Positions 28,791 to 40,100 of a stretch of DNA of 64,000 nucleotides are shown piece by piece. The stretch lies in assembly GCF_009914755.1 (NCBI RefSeq), contig NC_060936.1; one strand, 5' to 3'. The number at the start of each line of letters is the position of its first letter. Position 1 is the stretch's first letter. Under the pieces are notes generated by a model. The model ran no database searches. It saw nothing but the letters and a program-made list of their open reading frames with translations, and was not told the origin of the DNA. Both the position numbers and the translations under genes were made by a program. This DNA is from the human T2T-CHM13v2.0 reference genome, Homo sapiens.

Positions 28791-29875
28791 TACCATCGGC
28801 CCCACATACAGTGTCTACTGCGCTTTATGGGGTAAACTGGCCGTGACCAGGGCTGTCTCATTCCGCACTGAGTCTCCAGGCCCTGGGTAGCCAGCCCCAT
28901 AGCAGGTGCTTGAGAGATGCAGAATGAGCCAATGAGAATGTGAAGGAATGGGTTCTGCTGACTATGCTTGCTCTCAGATCTGACTCTAGACTTCCCTTCA
29001 GCCCCTGTCCATACAGTCTTCCCTGTGATCCTGTCTCTGACCCTCGCCAGGCAGTCGTGAGCTGCTTCTTGGGGCTCCCATGCTGTTTGGCCCTCATTAT
29101 TTATGAATCTTCTCTCCGGGAGGCTGAGCGTCCTTCCAAGGTTAAGAGGGAGTCTTAGTCAATTCTGCAGCACCAGCCTCTAATGCAGGGCTTGGCGCAG
29201 CATGGGTGCTCTTTGGGGAGAGTGGGGAGTCATCCCAACTCTCAGGAGAGGGGAGCCATAAGGGGGAAAGCACCCCCCAGGAGGGGCTGTTTCAGGGGGT
29301 CGGTGAGGCAGAGGAAAGGGGACTGAGGCCTCACAGAGGGTGGAAGCACCGCCGCCAAATCTCCAGGTCTTGGGCTCTCTAAATGGGGAGAGGAGACTGG
29401 AGTGTCCTGGTCCTCCTCACTCCATGGGCTGCCACCATCTTCACTGCTTTCCTGGAGCTGGGGGTATCCAGGCACTGAGAATGGTTCGGGATAGGGACAG
29501 AGCCTAGGGCTTGGGGGCTGCTAAGTCTAGACACAATAGAGGACCCCAAGGATTTTCTCTAGGATGTGTATAGGACACCATGTAGTGAGGAGGCCTGTGT
29601 GCAATGGGCTTGTGGCTTTTAACATGGCAAGTGACTTGCAAACCATTGGGGTGTGACGTGCAGGTTTTAAGTGTGATTTGTATAGAGCCCTATTTCTTCC
29701 ACAGGCAATTTGCAAATTATTTACATGTAGTGTTTCTGTTTGTATAACAGTCTTCATTTCTGTTCCGAAGACTCCAGTCCCAAAAAGCTGCTCACCAGTT
29801 CCCCCTCAGCCTTATCACACTTTCCACAGAGCAGAGTAAATAATCCTGATTGCTATAATCCATGAACAGAGTAGG

Positions 29876-30260
29876 TTTATTTTGAACAGAAGCCCAGATG
29901 TTCAGGGCAGAGGCCCTGGAGCCCCAGTGGGACAGGCTTGGCATGAGGGGCTTCTGGGAGGTAGTCAGCCCACACCTCCTCCATCTATGAGCTCCTGAGC
30001 CAGGGCCTCCAAGTCAGCTGGGGCAGCCCCACATCACTGTCATATCAGACTCAAAGCAAAAGGAGCTAAAGGGTTGGGGAACAGGAAGGGGCGGCTATGT
30101 ACAGAAGGGGATGGGTGGAGGGGGAACTGATTCCATTGAGCAAATGGTATCTGTTTTTGGTTTTCCAGCTGTCCAGTAAACATTCCATATCCCTTTGCCC
30201 TTTGTTCTAGGCATTGGCCTGACATCACCTGCCAATGTGAGCTCAGGAGAAAGATTTATT
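29876..30260 (-). terminator. Two KRT82 polyadenylation signals AATAAA (30255-30260 proximal, 29876-29881 distal)
   Basis: tttatt on the plus strand at both positions, downstream of the KRT82 stop. Confidence 0.6.
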
Positions 30261-30887
30261 CTCACAGTTTGGGTTCAACATACCTGAGAAAGTAAATCTA
30301 CTGCCCAAAGGCCACCTCTTGATTCTCTGTGCTGAGAGGACATTGGCAGGTCCTGACTGATCCTGAAATCGTGGCACTTGGCTTTGGAATTTAGAGTGGG
30401 ATTTGGGGGTGTCTCCTTTTGATATTTGCAGTGTGCATGTTTCAGGCGGTGTTAAAGGAAATTCACTTTTCTTAGGGGCATGAGAGCCTAAAGTAAGGGC
30501 AGTGTGAGCCTGTGGTGGGAGAGGAGCTGACTTTGTGAGGAAACTTCCATGGGATGATCCACAGAGCAGAACTGTGGTGTGCCCATTTGACCTTTTGGGG
30601 GTTATTGCCATTCTGCGGTTAAGAGCAATGCATGCTCTTTCTCTGCCGTCTGTCCCCACCATCTGGGCCTAGCTGAGGGTCTGCACACAGGTGAGTGGAA
30701 GGTGACTCATGAGGCAAAGGAGGGGTCCTAGGGGCAGCTCAGCTCTCAAGGAGGGAACACTGGAGGGGAATGTGGAGTCAATAAAGGGAGGTGGGGTTTT
30801 GGAACATCCTTGTCTTCAGCCCTGGTGGGAGTGTGACATCCAGGGCCATGGGGCAGGGGCTCTGTCTCCTGGATGTCTCGGATCATG

Positions 30888-31108
30888 CTAATGCTTGTGG
30901 CTGGGGGAGCTGCCCCCAGCTCCTAGCGTCATGCTGGATTTCCGCCCGCTCCCACAGCTCAGTAGCCCCTGGGGCTCGCAGGGGACATAGAGTTCACCAG
31001 TGCCCACGATGCTGCAGCCCCCATTGCTCCTGAGGACGCCAGTGCTGAGGACAGGCGTGCTGACCCCACATGGCTCGTACAGGAAGGCGCCTTTGGAGCT
31101 GCTCACTG
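30888..31108 (-). CDS. KRT82: KRT82 exon 9 coding part
   Basis: CAG|CA GTG AGC...SPSHKH TAG. Confidence 0.93.
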
Positions 31109-34100
31109 CTGTGGGAACAGGAAGGGGTGCTCAGGGCCCCACACGGTGTGGCTCTCAGTGTACTGCCCTGAAACTACTCAGCCAGGCCATTCCTCCCACC
31201 TCCTGCCACTCACCTCTACAGACACCCCATTCCAGCCTCCAGCCTCCGCGTCTCCCACCCTAGCCACATAAAGTGCTTGCAAGGTCCCCATGCACCTCTC
31301 TCCTTTCCCTAGAGCCTGGGCAAGGCCAGGCTGGATTCAGCTTCACCATTTCTCAGTTTCTACTGGTCCCTCCTTCCTAAGCTTGCTTCAAATCCTCTTC
31401 CTCTAGAAGAGCATCCTCTTGTCAGGGTGGTTATTTGTGGCTTCTGGGCCCTGAAGCACTTGGACCATGTTGTTGCAAATCTGCTCCTAGTCTGACTCCC
31501 AAAAGATTTGGATAGCCCTTTCCACCAGCCTGGGAGCTCACGGCAGACAGAGCTCTTCCTTTGGGGTAGGGGAGGCATCAGAGGTCTAGGAAGGGGTGGT
31601 GTGGGCTGCCTGTGTTGGGGTGATCAACCCCCAAGACCCCAGAGCCAGTGGGGCATGGCTCATCTACTTACAGATATTCACGGGCCCGATGCCTTCGCAC
31701 AGCCTGGGGATGAGAGGAAAAAGAAGACAGGTAACTACATCAAACAGATGCAGGTAAATGCAGCATCTCCCCGCTCCCGCCCTCATTGTGGACCATGTGC
31801 TGCTGTGGGTTTTCAATGACTGGGGTAGGGGACGGGGTGAGAGATACTAGCAGCCGCCACCAGAGGGCTGGGTAATGGCCAAACCTGGTAGCCCATCTTT
31901 GACCCCCTCCTGGAGGAGCTCACCTGTGCTCTTCACCCTCCAGCAGGCGCCTGTAGGTGGCGATCTCGATGTCCAGGCCCAGCTTGGAGTTCATCACCTC
32001 CTGATATTCCTTGAGCAGGCAGGCCATGTCCTGCTTGGCCTTCTGCAGAGCCTCCTCCAGCCCTGCCAGCTTGCACTTGGCATCATTGAGAGCCGCCTCG
32101 CCCTGCTGCTCTGCCTCAGCTATGGCACCCTCAAGTTTGCAGCGCTGTGGGAGGGGCGCAGAAAAGCATCACTGGGGGCCCTGGAGCCCCAAGCCAGACT
32201 CGCAGAAGAGCAGAGAGAACACGGGGGTGGCTACGTGCCAGGCTCACATTTGCGAGCTTCATCCTAGGATTGCGACATCTGGTTCCTCCAGGGAACTGGG
32301 ATGGGTTTTCTGTCTAAAATAACTCCAAGAGAGCGGGGATTTTCCTCTTAAGTATGCTGAGAAATTTCTGTGGGGTTAATATGTTTTAAATGCCCAGCTG
32401 GTCTTCCCTAGCCCAGGAGAATGGAGTGGGTCTGATTTTATGAACAACTGAGAGTCACCTTGAATTTCAGGATCATAGAATCACAGTCTTTGGGTCTGAA
32501 GGGACCGTGGAGCGCATCTTTTCTATACTTGCACCTAGTGAAGCATCCTTGCTTCTCATCTTTGACATTGGTCACCTCGTTTCTGTTGGGGACCTGACTA
32601 TTTCCTGTGGCTGCTCATCCTGCTGTGGGTCAGCCCTTTGGTAGAAAGGGCTTGCTTCTGCTTGAGCAAGGCAGCACAAGTTTATTCCCTCTTCAATGGC
32701 ACTCACAGCAAGGATTGAACCCGCCCTGCACGGCACAGACTGGCCAGTCAGCCCAGGATGGCTGTTGCAGCAAGGAAGTCCTCCCCAGCCTCACCTGGGC
32801 TTTGACATTCTCGGTTTCTTGCTGCAGCCGCTGGATCAGTTTATTCATTTCCAGGATCTCGTTCTTACGGTTGCGGAGGTTGTCACAGTGGTTCCCAGCT
32901 GTGACTCTCAGCTCCTCATACTGCCAGGACAGAGAGGTCAGAGCCCCAGGCCCCACAAGATGGCATCTCCTAGCCTCTTTTCTCACTGTTCCCAGTCTTT
33001 TCTCCCGTGACTTCCTAGTTCAGGTGCTCTCTGGTTCTCATACTGGTTCTGCTCCTTTACCTTCTTCCGCTTCTGGGCAATTTTGGGTCCTTTATGTGGG
33101 CTGTTCCTGATTCCCATCTCACCCCATCCCCAGCTCCAGGCTTGTTAGATTTTTCTCCAGCCTCTGAGATCCCCTCCTCTGTTGAGCTGTTCTGTGTCTG
33201 GTCCTTTTCTCTGTCCCAGAGCCCAAGTTCACCTGAGGGCTCCCTCCCTTTTAGATATGCCTCTGGAACTTGGAAGGGGTTTCTGTGCTCAGCCTGGGTT
33301 GCCTAACAGACCAAGGACTGCCCATTAGGATGGGTCTGCCCATCAGGATGAGAACATTTGTATGTTTTCCACAAAAACAATAAAAAAAACAAAATGCAAT
33401 TTATGTCCTACCTTGAGGTAACACTTTTTTATAAAAACCTTTGCACTCTGAATCCAATTTCTGAATAGTAGTGTGTACAGATTACATTTGTAAGTTTTAA
33501 AAAATTAGCTGACTTTAGATTTTCTGATAGTGAGTGGGAGCATATTATATAGAAAATGCAAAATGAGAGATAAGCACATAATCACACTCATTGGCTCTTT
33601 TGTTATTTGGTTACAGTAGGAAAGTCTGCAGTTGCCTAGTAAATATCCATTGTCCTCTTCTTAAAACAGAACCCCTGGCTGGGCTCAGTGACTGACACCT
33701 GTAATGCCAGCATTTTGGAAGGCTGAGGCGGGCAGATCATTTGAGGTCAAGAGTTCAAGACCAGCCTGGCCAACATGGTGAAACCCCATCACTACTAAAA
33801 ATACACAAATTAGCTGAGTATGGTGGTGCATGCTTATAATCCCAGCTACTTGGGAGGCTGAGGCAGGAGGATCACTTGAACCTGGGAGGCAGAGGTTGCA
33901 GTGAGGCGAGATTGCACCACTCACTGCACTCTAGCCTGGGCAATAGAGCAAGACTCCATCTCAAAATAAACAAACAAACAAAAAACAAAAATAACAGCAA
34001 CAGAAAAAACCCAGAACCAAATAGAACCCTGCTTTTATTTAGGGTAACAATGAGCCCAGATAAGAGAATATTTCTCAGTCTTCCAATCAATGAGATCTAT

Positions 34101-37100
34101 GACCATGGCTGGGTAGGGCTTCTGGGTAAGCTCTTTAAAGGGGGGAATGACCCAGTTGGCTTTTTTTGCCTCTGTTCTCCTTGCTGCCAGGCGTAAGCAT
34201 GTGAGATTGGAGGTGCTGCAGCTTTCTTGGAACATGAGGCAACCAAGAGGATGGAGCATGTATTACAGATGGCAGAATGGTGAACTCAAAGGATCCTGGG
34301 TCCCTGATGATGTCACAGAATCTCTGTGTCATCCTGGGCAGTCTATTTTGTACTTCAAGCTACTTTAGAAAAAAGTAAAAATTCAATTTTAACTTTTTTT
34401 TTTTTTTTTAGAATTTCTGATCCTGGTAGCCAAATGCAATCTTCAACTAATAGAATTTTCTCTAAGATTCTGACTTAGCAGGATGGGAAAATGAGGTGGT
34501 TGTAATCCTGAACCCAACATGGCTGATGGTTGTTGCCAGGGGCAACCAGAGGAAGGGCCAGCCAGAGTGAAACCTGGCCGTGGGTGGGTCACAGACAGGT
34601 TCACCAGGAGCTGACTCCATTTCAAGTTTTCATACTTCCAACCACCATGGAGCTCCAGAAAATGGGCAGAGCATCACTTTGGGCACTCCCTGGGCAGTGG
34701 CACCCACTGCCTTCAGAACAAAGCCAAATGACTTAGCACAGCCCTGCAGATGCTGTGACCTGGCCTCAAGCTACCCCTCCAGCCCGATCTCCACAGCACA
34801 TGGCACTCCAGGCCCCTCAATTTCTGCTGCTGTGTCCTAGCACCTGCTGCTCAGCCTGGCACACCCTCCCCCCATCTCCCCTTTGAATCTTATTTGTCCT
34901 TCAAGATTAGATCAAATGACAACACCTTTGCCTTTGTGACACAATTTGTTCCCTCTGTCATCAAACTCCCTTTACCTGCTGCTCCACCTTTGCAATCACT
35001 TCCTGCTAGCTGGTGTTTTGGTTTGGGAAGCACATCCTTGCTGGCCACCCTAATTGAAACTGCACTCCAACACTCCCTACCCTTCCCCTGGTTTATTTGC
35101 TTCCTAGCACTTGGTATCACAGTCTAACATACATCCACTGCACTTATGTGCCTTGTTTATCATCCATCACCCTGCCCCTCCAACCCTACCCTGGAACCCA
35201 GCTTGTCTCTGGAATGAAAGCGACATGAAGGCAGGGACTAGTGTCTGTTCTGTTCCCTGCTGTGTCTCCAGCTTCTAGAACTGTGCTTGGCACGTGGTTG
35301 ATGCTGAATACACAGTGTTGAATGAGTGGACCAATGAGTGCATGCATGCATGGCGCCTTTCACAGGCAGGGCAGGAGAGGCTGAGATGATGATATTTGTT
35401 AAATCTAATTACCCTTAGGGCCCCCCTGCCCTCCAAGCAAGCCCCTAATTATTAAGTCTGAGGCCATCTTAATCACTGTTTCTGCTCTACCATTAGTAGC
35501 CACCCCATGCCACTAGCCTCCTCCCACGCCTCGAAGCTTAGAGCCCTCTTTGCCATCATTACAGTTCAGTAAAACCAATTAGTGTTTACTGAACGCTGCC
35601 TACAGGAGCACTTCCAGTGAGTCTGCAGGTAAAAACTGCTGGGCGCCCTGGCACCCTGATGACAGGCCTGGATTGTCCGGGGCGGGGAGGGGTCCCTCCC
35701 ACGTGCTCTGCAGGGAAGTGGCCTGGGGCCTGGCAGAAACAACAGCAGCTGGGCTTTATGGGATTCCCTGTGTCTGTGGCATGGCGTGGCTCTCATTAGC
35801 TCCTCACCCACTTCTGCGGAGAAGGAGTCTGGGGGTCCTCCCCTCCCCTGGTTTGTCACCTCTCCAGTCTCCCTGCCCCCAACCACAGGGCCTCACCCGG
35901 CACTGGTACCAGGCCTCTGCTTCGGCTTTGCTGCGGCTGGCGATGTCGTCATACTGCGCCTTGATCTCAGCGATGATGCCGTCCACGTCCAGCTCCCGGC
36001 TGTTGTCCATCTTCACAATGACCGAGGTCTCAGAGATCTGAGACTGGAGCAGGCAGATCTCCTGGGGGCAGGGCCCATGTGAGAAGGAGTGAGCTCTCTG
36101 AGCGTCCGGGGACAGGAGAAGGGGAGAACCCGTTCTGACCTTCCCAGAGCAGAGTGCATAGAACTCTGCTATGGCTGTTCTGGGCTTCAGTCACCAACTG
36201 ACTCCTTGTCCCCACCCTCTGGTTGCCCAGAGCTTGGTGGAGACTTTCCCAGAGGGGCCTGTGAGCCATGGCCTGGATGATCCAACTTCTGTGAGTCTCA
36301 CCGCCTGAGAACGTCTCTACAGTGCGGACCTCTTTCCATGCTTGCCCTGAAATGTACCCACTGGGCGGCCACTCTGCTGCCCTCTCGATCCCTTGGCTCC
36401 AGCCCTGACTAACCACCCAAGGTCAGGGCTGTGGGTACCTCCTCATACAGGCTTTTCAGGAAGTCGATCTCCTGCACGAGTGCCTCTGCGTTGGTCTCCA
36501 GGTCAGCCTTCATCAGGAAGGCTGTGTCCACGTCCTGCAGCAGAGCAGGGACAGAATGTGACCTGGCTGGGCCACCTCCCAGGCAAGCTGGTGGCAGGGG
36601 GAAGGCGTGGGGCTCACCTTTCCTCACGAACACCCATGGGCATCGAAGGGGTGATGGAGCCGAGGTGGGGAAAAAGGGGTCCCTAGCCCTGGGACCCCAG
36701 GCCTGGGCCTGGCTTCCTGATGGGAAAGGATCTGAAGGGGGTGGGGCTTAAATGAGCCTTAGCAGCAGCGTCTCAGAGCCCACTTTGCAGAGCCTGGGCC
36801 TGGAAATACCTGGCTACCTGTCTGAGGAACCATCGCAATTGTATTTGGGGGCTTGCGGCAGAGCTTTTGAGCTTTTGTTTTGGTTTGGCGTTGGCATCTG
36901 TCCCATCTCCAGCTGCTCGGGCAGGGTTAGACATGACTTTAACCCAGCTTCGGCCTGCATGAGTGGGGAAGTGGAGGCCAGGCCAATGGCTGGCCTTTTG
37001 CAAGGGGACAAAGTTGGGGGAGAGGAGGCCGGCCTTCCTCATTCTCAGAGTTAGTGGGGCTGGCACAGGAGTCTGAGGGGCGAAAAACCCTTTTTCAGAG

Positions 37101-40100
37101 TGGGTGGGCTGCAGACACGTTTGGACTGAGTTCAGGGCTAGGTGGCCTGGGGCAACGCAGGCCAGCTCAGGGGCTCTGCCTCTCTGAGCTTCCTCCTTAC
37201 CTTCTTCAAGGCAACAAACTCATTCTCAACACAGGGACGCAGGGAGAGCTCCTCTTCGTATCTGATGGAAAAGGCAGGAAAAAATGCTTTAGTCGGGCTT
37301 GTGGATTTTGGAAGAGATCTTGGCATCAGGCCTTTGGGGGCAACTCTGCCTGTCACTGACTGAATGCCCTGGGGAGTGCCCAGGTCCAGCCCTGTCTTGG
37401 CAACTCTAGCTCCTCCACCCACTTGAGATGGATGAGTAGCCACTTGTCAAGTTTACTCTTCTCCCCATTCCTCAGGAACCTTCTCCCGCGATGAGTCCTC
37501 CCTGGGAGATCCTCCTTAAGGCTACCTTCATTCTCTCTTGCTGCTGAGGAGGTTCACTTCACCTAGTGGCCTCCCTTGGGAACGTAGAAGAAGGCTGTGC
37601 TGCTGGCCTAGCTGTTTTTTTCTGAGTCACTGAAATTCCCGGCTGACCCTGTGCATCCTCCTCGCTGGGAGGGTTCAGAGCCTGGCCTCTACTTGTGGTC
37701 CATTTGCAGAGGTAGCAATTATCCATCTTACCAGACCCACAGAGACAGCCAGGCTATTTCCTCAAGCTCCTTGGGGCTCCTCAGCCCACTCACCACTCCC
37801 CTAAGGCAGAGGGAATTGGTCAGGGGGTTCAGTTTGATAAGCAGCATCAATTCATTAAAAGCTTCTCTGCTTCATCATGTCCATCTCTCTTTTTTTCCAG
37901 CAGAACTGCTGCAGCAACGGCCCTGGACTCTGGAGCCTAGCCCCCTGGGTTTGAATTCTGGCTCTGTCCCGTGCAAGCTGTGGGCAAGTTGGGTAAGTGA
38001 CTTGGCCTTTCTGCCTCATGATGCACAGCTTCGTCATCCATAGAATGAGGCTAACACTAGTTCTGCCTCACAGGGCTGTTGTGAGCTAACATGTCACATG
38101 CATTAATACCTGAAGAGCACTAGGACAGTGCCTGGTACAGGCTCTGTACTGTGAAAGTGTTTGCTATTATTCTTAAAATACCAGTTGGACCTCATCCTTC
38201 CCCGATTGTCTCACTTTTAAAAGCCAAAGTTCTCATCTTGAGCTGCAAATCCTGTCTCTTAATCTCACCTTGCTACTCACTCCTCAAGAAAGGCATTGCT
38301 TCTGCTGACAGGCTGGCCTCCAGCCCTCCCACAGCCTCACTGCATCTCACCTGTCACAGTCTGCTAGAGTTGTCCCCTTCACTTGGCAGGCCCTTCCTCT
38401 TTCTTGCCACCCATTCCTGTCCTTTCCCCATTTCCAAAATGGAGGATAATGCCATTGGAATGAGCCATTATCCTCCAAGGGCCAGAGCAAATCGCACCTC
38501 CTCCAGGAAGGCTTCCTGGACTCCCGCTCTTTCCCTTTCTTGGGATTCCTCTCCCTTCTTCTCTGTTTGTGTGTAGGTGCAGGTGGTCTGTGCACACTGG
38601 ACTGGGAAAGAGTTAGCCTTTTTTCTTTCAATAGCACCCACACTTTCTAGCACAGTGTCTGGCATTGAGTAGGCATGTGGTTGACACCTGCAGTGAGTGT
38701 CCCCAACACGGCTCCACTTCACTGACCCAAACCCTTATGACCTGTTGCTCTCAGTATATTTGCCCTGTTTCTCCTCAATAGAAAGACACCTGTTTCAACT
38801 TGCCTGCCTCTAACATGCACTCCCATAGGACACTGGACTGTCACAGGGCACTGGATTCCCATGGGGCACTGGATTCCCATAGGACACTGGATTCCCATGG
38901 GGCACTCAGCCCGGGACCTGGTGAGAAAATTTATCTGGGCCTCAGCCTCTTGAAAGCACTTAATTACCATATGCTTATCAACCACCTACTCCAAGCTGTG
39001 AATTAGACCTGGAGCTCATCCTCAGGGGGAGCAAGTGTGGCAGAAGACAAAACAGGAACCACAAAGAACTGGGAAGTGAGGCAGAAGGAGCTAGAGCCTG
39101 ATATGCAGGGAAAGGGCAGAAGGGCTGTGCAGGAAGCCAGAGTTGGGGGTGAGAGAAAAGGTGGGCTGTGGTAGCTTGGACATGGAGCAGAGAGATGCTG
39201 ACAGGGGTGTGTCAGGCAGGAGAAGCAGCAGGAACAAAAGCCCGGAGGGAAGAGGCCTGGGGATCTGTCTGTGGAATAGGAAGTAGTTCAGGATCTGCAA
39301 AGGCACAACAGGCAGTTTCAGCTGGAAGCTGGAGCTCCAGAAGCCACACATGAAAGAGCTTATTTTACAGAGAGAGAGAGATCTGAGGGCTTTATTTAGG
39401 TGGAGTAGTGGGGAGAGAGATGGCAATACACAGTCTCAGAGCTCCTACCGTGTGCCAAGTGGGGTGCCCTGCTGACACCATCCCACCTAACTGTTCTGCC
39501 ACCCAGTGAACTAAGTTTAGGCTTCCCATTTTATAAATGGGGAATCAGGGCCCAGACTGTTTCTGTCCCTTGCCCCAGGTCCACCAGTGGGGTAAAAGCA
39601 GCACTGACTCACTTTTTCTTGTAGCCCTCCAGTGCAGCCTGGAGGCTGCAGAGCTCTGACTCTAGCCTCACGCGGTCCCCGGACACACAGTCCAGCTGCC
39701 GCCGAAGGGCGCTGATATAGCCCTCGAAGATGGGCTCGATGTTGGTCTGGCAGCACCTCTGCTGCTGCATGAAGTTCCACTTGGTCTCCAGCAGCTTGTT
39801 CTTCTGCTCCAGGAAACGGACCTGCAGCCAAGAATGGAATATCACCAGGCAGCAGAGATCCTGGGGACCATGACTTAGAGAGGGCAATGGAATGAGTTTC
39901 TGCCCTGTCTCCCAACACATGGCTACCAGTGCACTAGAATTTGCAAAAATCAGGGTCTCTGCATAGACTGGCATCTGAGGGCATGTGTGTCTGTGTCTCC
40001 CCTGCCTGGGAGAGCCTAGTGGACCCCTACTTTCCACTCAGAGGTTGCGTGTTGTAGTGGATGGTACTTCTCCAAGAGGCCTAGGCAAGTCCTGTTTCAG

